DNA from: a virus
Lineage: Duplodnaviria; Caudoviricetes
Reading direction: 5' to 3' (one strand)
IMG/VR virus record: IMGVR_UViG_3300025154_000071
Location: 1-64,000 of that record
DNA length: 64,000 bases
Shown: piece after piece, positions 18,264-28,124 of the stretch
How positions within the stretch are numbered: position 1 is the first letter of the stretch
Layout: each line of letters opens with the position of its first letter
Made by a program: the position numbers and the translations under genes
Notes under the pieces: generated by a model
What the model was told of the DNA's origin: nothing
The model's database searches: none
What the model saw: the letters and a program-made list of their open reading frames with translations, nothing else

Positions 18264-19301
18264 CTATTCTACTTTGTCTTCTGGAAAATTTAAATATGCA
18301 AATTCGCCGAAATATTTTCTTGCATATGAATCGTATGCCCTTGCTGCCTGTTCTGGTGTATCAAATGTTCCTATTGTTATTCTTTTGCGTTTGATCTCAA
18401 TACATGCTTGATATTTTTTTAATCTCTTCGCTACTCCCTTGTATCCTACTTTATTTCTTGCGTTAACGCCCTGATTCCAAGCATTGCCAAATTCTCCGGC
18501 TTCTCTGATATTGGACCTTCTATTATCGAAGATATTCCTATTAATATGGTCTGCGTGTTTAATTTCTGGGAAAAGATATTTATGAATTGAAACAGACTTT
18601 CCTTTTATACAAGCCATTGGATAGGCCCATTTAAAATTTTTATTTTTCTCGTTTTTGCCTCTATTCCATGAGTATTTTCTTACTTTTTCAAAATCAGAAG
18701 CATCGCATATTATTTTATCGCCATAAGAAGTATATGTAATGCAAATATCTCCATCGACATAACACTCTCGTCTCTTATCTCGAACATTTATACTGCGATA
18801 ATCTAATTTATTTTTATTAATGTGTACAGCCATATTTATTTCGGGAAAAAGCATTTTAACCAAATATATTGTTTTATTATTTATGTTGGCCGCCACGGAT
18901 GTTCCCCTTGTTCTATACCAAAAATGGCTTTTAATTAAATCAAATTTATCTATATCACAAATGGCTTCATTTCCAGATGATATAGGGATAAAGCATAAAT
19001 TATCTTTAATATATGGATAATTCCTTTTTTGCTTCATGTTAGACTCTCGACAGTCAAATTGATTGCCATTTATATATAAATAGTCCCAATTTGGACGGCC
19101 AAGCATTTGCGACAGACTGACTTCTATATCATTAATAGACGTATACGGAATATGCTTGTTTAGGTGCCATAAGTGTCTTGATGCCATATTATAATCTTTT
19201 GCATCGCATAGCGCCATTCTTCCACTTGCCATTGGGATATAACAAATCTCTCCTATTATATAAGGTTTTCTTTTTGCTATCTCTTCTTTACTTATTGACA
19301 T
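18264..19301 (-). CDS. HNH-AP2 endonuclease with a triplicated HNH unit
   Basis: Three C.IP..SG..A.CD..DF..W units; intact DHINRNIFDNRRSN only in the third; C-terminal AP2 (GYKGV...GTFDTPEQAARAYD). Confidence 0.88.
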   Translation of the reverse strand: MSISKEEIAKRKPYIIGEICYIPMASGRMALCDAKDYNMASRHLWHLNKHIPYTSINDIEVSLSQMLGRPNWDYLYINGNQFDCRESNMKQKRNYPYIKDNLCFIPISSGNEAICDIDKFDLIKSHFWYRTRGTSVAANINNKTIYLVKMLFPEINMAVHINKNKLDYRSINVRDKRRECYVDGDICITYTSYGDKIICDASDFEKVRKYSWNRGKNEKNKNFKWAYPMACIKGKSVSIHKYLFPEIKHADHINRNIFDNRRSNIREAGEFGNAWNQGVNARNKVGYKGVAKRLKKYQACIEIKRKRITIGTFDTPEQAARAYDSYARKYFGEFAYLNFPEDKVE

Positions 19302-19323
19302 TCGTTTTGCTCCTTATAAATAC

Positions 19324-19977
19324 CTATATCTTGTTAATCAATTCAACCATTCCTATATTAGTTATCTGACTTATTATCTTGGCTGCATCCATATAAAGAA
19401 ATGATTTATCGTTTGAGTTATCTACAATCATGTAGTATGGATAGTTATCAATTCTTACATCTCTTTCTGATACATCATTCTCAAGTAATTTCCAGTTGGC
19501 ATATCTTTTGAGATCGTGACCCAGGCGCTTAAGCATTGATACATCGTTTGCATATATATAAATGGGCCATGCTTTATCTATCTTCTCATCACGCTGTAAT
19601 AATTCAGCGCCATACATTTCATTGTTATATCTGCAATCATTTATAATTCCTATACTGTATTCAGATGTCTGTTCTTTATGCCACTTCTGTATGTTTTCCC
19701 AATTCTTTTTAAACCAATATAAATTATCTTCTTCTCTTCTTTTATTGCCTATCTTGATTAATAAATGCCTATTTAAATCTTTATAAACATAGTCAGTGCA
19801 TAATTTATCATAATCAAGATTATAAACCTCTGCTGCTTCTTTACGAACCGCATCAGCGAAAGGGCATAACTTTGTGCTGATGTTAAAGTTTTTACACATA
19901 TCCATGATATGCCATGCGAATGTATCTTTGCCAACGCCATTGCGCCCTCTGATAACTATTAAGTGAAGTTCTCCCAT
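19324..19977 (-). CDS. P-loop NMP kinase (phage dNMP kinase / animal-type phosphomevalonate kinase-like)
   Basis: GRNGVGKDT, FADAVRKE, YK..R..LI.IG..RR.ED, INDCRY..E. Confidence 0.75.
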   Translation of the reverse strand: MGELHLIVIRGRNGVGKDTFAWHIMDMCKNFNISTKLCPFADAVRKEAAEVYNLDYDKLCTDYVYKDLNRHLLIKIGNKRREEDNLYWFKKNWENIQKWHKEQTSEYSIGIINDCRYNNEMYGAELLQRDEKIDKAWPIYIYANDVSMLKRLGHDLKRYANWKLLENDVSERDVRIDNYPYYMIVDNSNDKSFLYMDAAKIISQITNIGMVELINKI

Positions 19978-19999
19978 ATGTTATCTCCTCCATAAATCT

Positions 20000-20028
20000 A
20001 TAATACCATAATTTAAATAGAATGTCAA
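20000..20028 (-). promoter_or_regulatory. sigma70-type promoter
   Basis: Minus strand TTGACA-17 bp-TATTAT, upstream of the kinase gene. Confidence 0.75.
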
Positions 20029-20036
20029 GAACATTC

Positions 20037-20648
20037 TTAAATATTAGATAATTCTTTTACTTCCTTCTGCCATCGTATATCTGGGAAGTTTTTAAGTATG
20101 AAGCCATAATCATTAGAATCTAGACCAGACCACATTGTTGTTCTGAACTGATATGGTATATTGCTTGTTCTTATCATAAAGGCGCTCTCATATAGCAATG
20201 ATTTATCACCATGATAGCCAAACTTCTCATAACTATCGAAATGGCCTTTAACGTCCATTGCAATCATATCAACAAGTTTATCTTTAATGATAGGCTTTAA
20301 TACTTCTGGCATTGTTCCATTTGTGTCTAATTTAATTTTCTTTTTGGCGCATGATCGTAAGTGCTTAAGCATTAAGACTATATCCTTGCCATAGAGTGTA
20401 GGTTCACCGCCTGTTATTACTAATCCAGTTGATGGACTACATATCATATCATTAAGGATATCATTAAACTGCTCTTCGTTCTTTGATTCAAGGAAGTTCA
20501 TGTTTTTGGCGTTATGGCAGTAATCGCAAGACAGATTACAATATTTAAGAAACAATACGCCAGCCACTTCGCCAGGATAATCGACCAATGATGACCTATG
20601 ATAACCAAATGCCTTTATATTGCGTTTAAAATCACGATTGTGTTCCAT
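20037..20648 (-). CDS. nrdG: Anaerobic RNR activating enzyme (radical SAM)
   Basis: SSLVDYPG, CNLSCDYCHN, TGGEPT, KLDTNGT, MDVK, FRTT; near nrdD. Confidence 0.92.
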   Translation of the reverse strand: MEHNRDFKRNIKAFGYHRSSLVDYPGEVAGVLFLKYCNLSCDYCHNAKNMNFLESKNEEQFNDILNDMICSPSTGLVITGGEPTLYGKDIVLMLKHLRSCAKKKIKLDTNGTMPEVLKPIIKDKLVDMIAMDVKGHFDSYEKFGYHGDKSLLYESAFMIRTSNIPYQFRTTMWSGLDSNDYGFILKNFPDIRWQKEVKELSNI

Positions 20649-20821
20649 CTTTTCTCCCTTTTTTCTGCTTATATTTTAAATTTTCTTTTTCTAATATTTT
20701 GGCAGCCTGTAATATTTGATTTAACTTTTCTAAATCTTCTGCATCATTATATTTAATATTAAAATAAATTAAATTATTATGTATTAATTCCAGATGCTTG
20801 CTCATATTCTCTCCTTAAAGA

Positions 20822-20839
20822 AAGGGGCCGAAGCCCCTT
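20822..20839 (-). terminator. GC hairpin with C(UUCG)G tetraloop
   Basis: AAGGGGC-UUCG-GCCCCUU followed by UCUUU; intergenic. Confidence 0.55.
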
Positions 20840-20844
20840 ACTAA

Positions 20845-21033
20845 TTATTTATGCCCACCCGTACTATTTATGTTTACATCAATATTAAATTCATTTTTTA
20901 ATATTTTTTGAGCTATACGCTTCTCTTGTTTTGATAAATAAGTACATGAATTTAAACTCGATAATAATATATTTTTAAAGTAAGGCATATCTTCTTTGGA
21001 TATTTGATAATTATTATCGTTGTTTCCTTGCAT
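20845..21033 (-). CDS. Hypothetical protein
   Basis: AAGGAG RBS; co-oriented. Confidence 0.55.
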   Translation of the reverse strand: MQGNNDNNYQISKEDMPYFKNILLSSLNSCTYLSKQEKRIAQKILKNEFNIDVNINSTGGHK

Positions 21034-21044
21034 AACAAACTCCT

Positions 21045-23408
21045 TTACTTATTATCCTTAAGCCATTTTAAATATGAACCTTTGCCAGATATCTTTGATA
21101 TGACCTTATCGCCTTTTACTTTAGCAAGGCATGGAAGCTCAACAACGTCGTAATAGCATCCCAAAGCTAATCCTTCTGATGTTTGAGTATCAATGACATC
21201 TAACTGTATTTGTTTTTCTGCTAAGATGTGCTTTAAATCATCGCACTTAGTACAATTAGGCTTTGAAAAGAATAATATCTTTTCAATGTTATCTGCTGAT
21301 TTAGAATTATAAATAGGCATATCAAAATTAACTCTTGTCCGATCTTTAAGCTCTGCTAATTTGCCTTTAGTCCAATTCTTAATGGCGCTGAAATATCCTG
21401 TAATTCTTGTGGACTGATAAGTATTTTCAGAACCACATAATTTGCATTTGTTGTCTAATCCCTTATACATCTTATGACAGTCTCTGCATATGGTCATATC
21501 AGGACTATCAGCAGTTTGAACTGCCTGTGTATTCTTTAATACGCTTTCGTAGAGCTTCCTAAGTGCTTTGGGATCTGGTTCTGATTCGCCATGCCATAGA
21601 TGTATAATAGAGCCAGCCTTTATCATTGGAGCAAACTTTGATTGTTTTTCTATTCTTGTAAGTATATCAACGTGAGCATCGTATGCTAAATGTACTGAAT
21701 TTGTATAATATACATAGCCAGTTCTTATATCTCCATTAACAAACTGTATTGCCTCTGGAAAGAATTTCAAGTCAAGTAGTGCAAATCTATTAGCAGTGCC
21801 TTCTGCTGGTGTTTCTTCAAGTATGCATTCGATACCATATTTACTCGCATATCTATTCATCGATTGGCTCATATATGCCATAATATTAAGACCAATCTTT
21901 AAAGCAGACTCTGACTCATGTAATTCCTCGCCACATATTACTTTGACGCATTCATTAAGGCCACACATGCCAAGTAAAAACTTCGCCTGTTCTCTCCTAA
22001 GATATGGCGTGCCATCCATGCCTTTCGCTAAAAAAGATAAACATCCATTATCACCTAAATCCAATAATTTACAAATATAGTTATACTTATTTACATGCCC
22101 TTTCATCGCTATATCAACAAGTCTATCTATTTCTTTATAAATTCCAGATATTGTTTTGCTCTTATATGCTATTCTAGGGAGATTAATTGTTATATTTTGC
22201 CATGCGCTGAACCTTGTATCTTCGGGTCTATTAGACACTTCCTCGATATCTTTCTCTGATAGTTCTAAACTGAGCCGGCAGCACTGTGCAACTTTAACGC
22301 TTGTACCACGGTCATATAGAATATAAATGCTTCCGCGTTTTGAATTTATATCGCATGCTATGTCTATAAGTTCATCGTCTTGTGCGAAGTCATTCTCATT
22401 GACATGAAGTAATATTTTAGGAAATGCGAAATTGGCCTGGTTAGCATCGCCTTCTGAAATAACACTAAATATTGCCTTTAAAAAATCTCTAGCAATTGAT
22501 TCATATTCTTTATAAGTCTTGCCATTATATTCTCCACCTAATCCTATTACTTTAGTGTCTTTAAGATATTCTGGCACTCTTAAATCCATGTTAAGGTCTA
22601 CAAACGCTGTTTGGCCACCACGACTTCCTGCAAGCTGTGCGAATGAATATATAAGGTGTTGTGCTACTTGTTTGATTTCTTTATATGATTTGTTTTCCAG
22701 AAATGGAGCGAAAAATGTATTAACGGTAGACCAGCCGATAGCGCCAGCGAAGTAACACTGTAAATAATTTGCAAAACATGTCATATGATTGACAAGCGTA
22801 AGCGCATGCTTCGCAGGAGCAGATTGGGCGAGTATGTTGGGCAACTTTAATCCATGTTTCTTTATATACTCTAAACTATTGCCACTACAGTAACTTCTGC
22901 ATACAAAATCTAAATCATGCATGTGCAGCTCGCCTCTTAAGTGTGCCTCTGATACTTCCTTGTCAAAAACCTCGCGGAGTGCATATTGTTTTAATATCTG
23001 ACCGGCAAGCGTTAAGTTAATCGACTCTGGAGAATGGCCAGTGTTTGAATTTTCAGTATTATGCTCTTCGATGAGCTGTTTTACATCATAGACAGGAATA
23101 CCAAGGCTTGAGTATTTAAGCCAATGTTCGTACCCATGTTCGCCAAGTATCTGATTAACTAAACTACGAATATAGGCTGATGAGACTTGTTTGAAATTAC
23201 TCTTCAATAAGTTTTCTTCAACGCGATTAGCAATCGCTAAAGCGTTTTCAGCATCTACATTGCACTCTTTGGTAAGCGAGTTAATAATGATTTGTTTGTC
23301 GAATATGTCATACTGTTGCTCTGTATTTGATTCGATAAGCATTTGTATGTCGGTAGATGACTTTTTGGTCTTTCTGGTTCGCTTTACTTTAATTTCTGGA
23401 TTAGTCAT
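21045..23408 (-). CDS. nrdD: Class III (anaerobic) ribonucleotide reductase with ATP-cone and C-terminal glutaredoxin-like domain
   Basis: H..G..H.HDLD, YCSG, AQCCRL, ETPAEG, YYTNS, C..C...C..CG, RITGYF glycyl-radical loop; then FSKPNCTKC. Confidence 0.95.
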   Translation of the reverse strand: MTNPEIKVKRTRKTKKSSTDIQMLIESNTEQQYDIFDKQIIINSLTKECNVDAENALAIANRVEENLLKSNFKQVSSAYIRSLVNQILGEHGYEHWLKYSSLGIPVYDVKQLIEEHNTENSNTGHSPESINLTLAGQILKQYALREVFDKEVSEAHLRGELHMHDLDFVCRSYCSGNSLEYIKKHGLKLPNILAQSAPAKHALTLVNHMTCFANYLQCYFAGAIGWSTVNTFFAPFLENKSYKEIKQVAQHLIYSFAQLAGSRGGQTAFVDLNMDLRVPEYLKDTKVIGLGGEYNGKTYKEYESIARDFLKAIFSVISEGDANQANFAFPKILLHVNENDFAQDDELIDIACDINSKRGSIYILYDRGTSVKVAQCCRLSLELSEKDIEEVSNRPEDTRFSAWQNITINLPRIAYKSKTISGIYKEIDRLVDIAMKGHVNKYNYICKLLDLGDNGCLSFLAKGMDGTPYLRREQAKFLLGMCGLNECVKVICGEELHESESALKIGLNIMAYMSQSMNRYASKYGIECILEETPAEGTANRFALLDLKFFPEAIQFVNGDIRTGYVYYTNSVHLAYDAHVDILTRIEKQSKFAPMIKAGSIIHLWHGESEPDPKALRKLYESVLKNTQAVQTADSPDMTICRDCHKMYKGLDNKCKLCGSENTYQSTRITGYFSAIKNWTKGKLAELKDRTRVNFDMPIYNSKSADNIEKILFFSKPNCTKCDDLKHILAEKQIQLDVIDTQTSEGLALGCYYDVVELPCLAKVKGDKVISKISGKGSYLKWLKDNK

Positions 23409-23485
23409 TTCATTCCCTCTTTCGTATGAAAAAGCGACTGATATTTCACAGCCGCTTTTCCAGTTATTAATCTAAAACCAATTGC

Positions 23486-25153
23486 CTAAAGTTGAATTAT
23501 ATTAACCATGTCAGGTTGAAAGAGTGAAGAATGAAGGCTATGTCCGACAATAATTGCCTGTATTTTGGAGTAGGATAATTTCTCTACTAAATCCATTATG
23601 TACTTCGCCTCCATCACTTCTACATCGTCAACCATTATGATATTATACCCTGAAATCTTTGCTATTGCAACCTGAATTGCAACGGAAGCTATTATTTTTT
23701 CTGATGAACTCAGCATTTTAACTGTCTTTGAATTAACAAGAATGCCAAACTCTGTTACTCCATGGTTCTTTTCAAAAACAAACCCAAATTCTTTTGCCTG
23801 TTCATTAACTGCTTCGAAGAATGAATCAATATTAGAGCCAACAGATGAGGCAACGATCCCATTGGTTCCTTTGCCCGTTATCTCTAAATATCTTTCTAAA
23901 TCATCAATTCGTTTTGTAACCCTAACTTCTTCTTGTTCCAACTTCTGTATCTCATTGTCGAGTTGTTCCATTTTGGCGAAGTTAATTAGAATAAGATCGA
24001 GCTTATCTATATCTGCTTTGAGTTTTAAATTATTTTCTGCTGCTAATTCGTTCTGTTTAGTATTCATTGCAACGGCAGCATCAAGCTCTTTCTGTGCGTT
24101 GCTGACGGCAAATGTTGCCTGTCTTATTCTTTCCTGCTGCTCGGCTTTGAATTTATCTTCTGCTTCTTTATCTAAGGCGATCAGCGCCTGGATTTCATCT
24201 TTTAATTTAGCGTTCTCAGCAACTAATGATGCTATATAAGCGTTTATCGCTCCGGCAGATGAGCAAGGTATATTTTCTGATAGTGGACATTTGCCTGCAA
24301 ATTTAGAGCATTTATCAATGCTATTCTTATTGGCTAATCCCTGTGCATTAATAGCATCAATACGAGATTTAAATTCAGATACATACGCCAATCTCATTAC
24401 ATCCTTAAGCATTTCGCTTGTTGATGTAAGCTGTGCAAAGAAATTCTGAGGAACTTGTGACATCTGTGTGTATAGTTTTTCAAGTTTTTCTTTTTGTTCG
24501 GTGATAACACCATGTGATGCTACGCTATCACCAAGCTCTTTAATAGCCGCTTGATTATTCTGTATCGTAGCTTTAATCGTTGACAATACATGTTTCTGTG
24601 ACGTGCGCTCATCATAGAATTTCTTATAGAACAACGGTATAGTAGAACTTGTCATGCCATAGAACTCATTAAGTTCTTCTGGTTTTAGTTTATATGATGA
24701 TAGATCAATGGCCGCATCGCCAGAGAAATAATTAAATAGTATCTTCTCTTGGACTTCTGGTGACATTAAAAAGAAATTGTAATTATCACAGAGCATTGTT
24801 AATACATATTTATTAAAGCCTTCTGCCTCTAATGCGTCAATATCTTTTTTACGCGACACTGCTTTCTTAATGCCATCATATGTTATTGAAGCCGGCTCAA
24901 GTTTACGAGCTATTTTATGTTCGCCTTTATAATCGATTACTGATGATATCTCTGCTTTACCAAGTTCAATTGTTGATATTAAGTCTTTCTTATCACGGTC
25001 TGAGCAATCGCCAGTTAAAGAGAACTGTATTGAGTTCTTTAATGTAGATTTTCCTGCTCTATTGGGGCCAGTGATTATATTAACTTTATCCGACAAATCA
25101 AATGAAACATCTTTAAATTTACCTATTGATTTCAGTGATATATTTTTTATCAT
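23486..25153 (-). CDS. SbcC/Rad50-like ATPase
   Basis: GPNRAGKST Walker A, coiled coil with central CPL, LSSSEK signature, MVDD Walker B. Confidence 0.88.
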   Translation of the reverse strand: MIKNISLKSIGKFKDVSFDLSDKVNIITGPNRAGKSTLKNSIQFSLTGDCSDRDKKDLISTIELGKAEISSVIDYKGEHKIARKLEPASITYDGIKKAVSRKKDIDALEAEGFNKYVLTMLCDNYNFFLMSPEVQEKILFNYFSGDAAIDLSSYKLKPEELNEFYGMTSSTIPLFYKKFYDERTSQKHVLSTIKATIQNNQAAIKELGDSVASHGVITEQKEKLEKLYTQMSQVPQNFFAQLTSTSEMLKDVMRLAYVSEFKSRIDAINAQGLANKNSIDKCSKFAGKCPLSENIPCSSAGAINAYIASLVAENAKLKDEIQALIALDKEAEDKFKAEQQERIRQATFAVSNAQKELDAAVAMNTKQNELAAENNLKLKADIDKLDLILINFAKMEQLDNEIQKLEQEEVRVTKRIDDLERYLEITGKGTNGIVASSVGSNIDSFFEAVNEQAKEFGFVFEKNHGVTEFGILVNSKTVKMLSSSEKIIASVAIQVAIAKISGYNIIMVDDVEVMEAKYIMDLVEKLSYSKIQAIIVGHSLHSSLFQPDMVNIIQL

Positions 25154-25167
25154 GATTGCTCCTTTAC

Positions 25168-25680
25168 TTACTTTAATCTCATTTCCATAATTTGGCCAAG
25201 AGACAGAGGTTTAAAATTATTTACATCAACTCCAACATTGAATCTATTTTTTTTGTATGTCGGGTGAAATAAATCTACAAGATTATGTGTATGGCCATGT
25301 AAATGAATGCTGCCACGATGTGATTTGTTCCAGGTTTCTAACGGATAATGAAACATTATAATTGGGATACCACAATGATTTATTTCAAAATAATTTTCGA
25401 TACGTATAAATCTATGAGCCAATGAAATACAATTTCTATCATGATTTCCTTTTATAAGTATCTTCCGCCCTGTTAGTTTATTCAACGCTTCTTCTGTAAA
25501 TTGAGGATGTGCAAAAGATAAATCTCCCAAGATATATACAATATCAGATTTATTTTTGACGACATCATTCCAATTATCTATTATCGCATCATTCATCTCA
25601 GATACTGTTTTAAATGGCCGATTGCAATATTTAATTATATTATTATGGAATAAATGCAAGTCGGCAGTAAAATATATCAT
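25168..25680 (-). CDS. Calcineurin-like phosphoesterase (phage type)
   Basis: YFTADLHLFH, LGD, GNHD, FHYP, HLHGHTH; start 25680 follows AAGGAG. Confidence 0.9.
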   Translation of the reverse strand: MIYFTADLHLFHNNIIKYCNRPFKTVSEMNDAIIDNWNDVVKNKSDIVYILGDLSFAHPQFTEEALNKLTGRKILIKGNHDRNCISLAHRFIRIENYFEINHCGIPIIMFHYPLETWNKSHRGSIHLHGHTHNLVDLFHPTYKKNRFNVGVDVNNFKPLSLGQIMEMRLK

Positions 25681-25875
25681 ATGCGCTCCTTTGTAAAAGC
25701 TTTGCATGATTTAGGTTTAAATTTATGATTCATGAGTATAGTGTAATACGATATTACTTTAGGTTCGCCTTTGGTATGATAATGACTGCAATAATGCCGC
25801 CCAAGTATATACCAAAAATTAGCACAATTTTTACAGCATGGATAATTTTTTAGAAAATCTTTTCTGTTCTGGCAT
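25677..25875 (-). pseudogene. Cys-rich small gene split by a +1 frameshift in an A-run
   Basis: RBS and ATG at 25875 give only 14 aa; the adjacent frame (NYPCCKNCANFWY...HYCSH...SCKAF) ends in an ATGA overlap with the next gene. Confidence 0.5.
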
Positions 25876-25893
25876 ATGCGCTCCTTAGATTAA

Positions 25894-25913
25894 GCGAGGG
25901 CCGAAGCCCCCGC
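25894..25913 (-). other. GC hairpin with C(UUCG)G tetraloop
   Basis: GCGGGGGC-UUCG-GCCCUCGC with one G-U pair valid on the minus strand; weak U-tail. Confidence 0.55.
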
Positions 25914-26071
25914 TATATTGTATTATTTTATTAATTTGAATAGATAGTACACGCCAATTGTCATTATGCCACATAATATAATTCTAGTTATTTCACAAAA
26001 ATATAAATATGTGATATAATTATTTCCTATTTCTAATATTACTTTGCATAATATATCCATATCAGTATCTC

Positions 26072-26542
26072 CTATTTAATTCCGCTACTTCCAAATCCTC
26101 CACTTGACCTATCTGTTTCAGACAAATCATTCGCTTCAACAAATTCAACCATAGGAACTTGTTTAAATACGATCTGTGCTATTCTATCGCCTATATTAAT
26201 AACGAATGGTTTATTGCTACAGTTTTGCAATATAACGCCAATCTCGCCACGATAGCTTGAATCAACCGTCCCGACTCCATTATTGACAAATACCTGGTGT
26301 TTAGCCGCCAATCCACTTCTACTTCTTACTTGTGCTTCCCAACCTTCGGGCATTTCAACTGCAAGGCCAGTTGGCACAATTGCATTCTTGCCAGCCTCGA
26401 TTGTTAAATTAGCAACTGACTTTAAATCAGCGCCGGCATCAGTAGAAAATGCTTTCGTAGGAATCTGAGCATTAGGATTTAACTTCTTAAACTTCATAGT
26501 TACTGGTTTTTGTGAGCAACAAGTCATTATTTCCCCCTTCAA
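26072..26542 (-). CDS. dut: Trimeric dUTPase
   Basis: AGADL, RSRSG, GTVDSSYRGEI, GDRIAQ, RSSGGFGSSG. Confidence 0.97.
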   Translation of the reverse strand: MKGEIMTCCSQKPVTMKFKKLNPNAQIPTKAFSTDAGADLKSVANLTIEAGKNAIVPTGLAVEMPEGWEAQVRSRSGLAAKHQVFVNNGVGTVDSSYRGEIGVILQNCSNKPFVINIGDRIAQIVFKQVPMVEFVEANDLSETDRSSGGFGSSGIK

Positions 26543-27616
26543 TTAATCTTTATAGTTGTTATTTATTACTTTGAAAGACCATCTATTTAAGCCTCTTGGT
26601 GGTTGCTCAGCGTTATTCTCATCTGATAGTCTTACAACTATTCCCTCAACACATTCTGTACCCATAAAATTTATTTTAGATACTTTGTCCAAGAAGAAGT
26701 CTTTTGTATGAATGTCTGCGTGAAATATATGTTCGTCGAGTATCGGCACAGATAATATTCCAGAGTATTCAGAAAAATCCAATATATCTTTTTTGGACAT
26801 ATATGTAGGAATATCTTTTTCGCTTATCTTCTGCATTGTAAATATATGAAATTGCTGCGCAGGAAATCTTAGTTTATTTCCCTGTATTGATGGCCCGCTA
26901 ATTTCGCCCTGTATGGCAATTGAATGACCTTTATCAATACAGAATGATTTTAATTTATCTTTAATATTTTCTCGTTTAGCCATTAACGCATATATGCTTC
27001 CACCATCTTCAAGCATTTCCATATTACGAGAGCATATCCCGAATTTATCATTTTCAAGCAGATAATAATAGGTACAACTCGTTCCATCTATTTTTAATGA
27101 TTCATACACCGTCTTGCCATCAAATTGACTCAATACGCTTGATATATTCTGTATCCGTTCTTCATCTGTTTTAATTATAAATGATGGAAATGTTCCTTTT
27201 GCGCTTCCGGCCATAGAAACATGTAAAGGCTTAGTATACTTTACAGCGCCGATATCACCTGATACATCAGCACCAATATCAGTATTACTTAAGTTATAAT
27301 CATCAACCGAAAGAAGCAACCCCTGTGAGATATTTCCTAAAAACTTAGCTGTTTTAAGTCTAGTATATTTAACGCCGGTAACTGCTCTCTCATATTCAAC
27401 TCCATATTCTTTGAATGCAGATGATTTTTCTAAAAAAGCATATTTAGGATGATAGGGCAATAATGTATCTATCTGCACATATATAGCCTTATCTCCTTCT
27501 TTAAATTTACCTTTTTCTGCCACACACTGCCATCCAAGAACTATGGCCAATTCAATGCTATTTGCGCCTTCAATTGAAATTATCTTATCAATTACCTGAA
27601 TTGTTGCCTGATTCAT
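26543..27616 (-). CDS. RNA ligase (Rnl2/DRB0094 family)
   Basis: N-terminal LAIVLGWQCV; KTDEERIQN; KIDGTS motif I; QGEI; EGIVVR; SFKVINN. Confidence 0.9.
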   Translation of the reverse strand: MNQATIQVIDKIISIEGANSIELAIVLGWQCVAEKGKFKEGDKAIYVQIDTLLPYHPKYAFLEKSSAFKEYGVEYERAVTGVKYTRLKTAKFLGNISQGLLLSVDDYNLSNTDIGADVSGDIGAVKYTKPLHVSMAGSAKGTFPSFIIKTDEERIQNISSVLSQFDGKTVYESLKIDGTSCTYYYLLENDKFGICSRNMEMLEDGGSIYALMAKRENIKDKLKSFCIDKGHSIAIQGEISGPSIQGNKLRFPAQQFHIFTMQKISEKDIPTYMSKKDILDFSEYSGILSVPILDEHIFHADIHTKDFFLDKVSKINFMGTECVEGIVVRLSDENNAEQPPRGLNRWSFKVINNNYKD

Positions 27617-27626
27617 AATCGCTCCT

Positions 27627-28124
27627 TTACTCTACAATGTGAGATAATTTATCTGGAACATATATTCTTATTATTGAGCCTTCCCATTTCTTATCAATAA
27701 TTCTACATGAAGGCAACGTAGTGGCGATTAGTTTATCATCTTCTAATATGCCAACATGCTGCATGGCATCATTCGGCGCCTCGTATAAGTTAGTGATATC
27801 GCCCATGATCTTATTGCCATAGTGAAACTCATATGCCACGAAGCATGCCTTGATGGGGAACTCAATATCATTGCGATATTTCATTCTTTGCATCTCAAGT
27901 GTTTTATGAACATCTTTAATGTTTGCTTCGTAGTTTTTATTCTTAAGAACTATTGGCCTATTTGTTTTTGGATTAACAAATATTTGTTTATTATTTTTAA
28001 GGATTAAAGGTCTGCCATCGATTTTAAACTCTAATACCTTGAATGTTGTATTGCCATTAATGCCGAACTTCTGAAAGATATCACAGCAAGCGTCATTGAG
28101 GCAAGAACTATTTTTTATCTCCAA
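27627..28124 (-). CDS. rusA: RusA-like Holliday junction resolvase
   Basis: DITNL.....DAM..VGILEDDK.I. Confidence 0.8.
   Translation of the reverse strand: MEIKNSSCLNDACCDIFQKFGINGNTTFKVLEFKIDGRPLILKNNKQIFVNPKTNRPIVLKNKNYEANIKDVHKTLEMQRMKYRNDIEFPIKACFVAYEFHYGNKIMGDITNLYEAPNDAMQHVGILEDDKLIATTLPSCRIIDKKWEGSIIRIYVPDKLSHIVE

Noticed and set aside
25168-25680. SbcD/Mre11 call
   Set aside because: Adjacent to the SbcC-like gene, but only ~170 aa and matches the generic phage phosphoesterase pattern; left unassigned.
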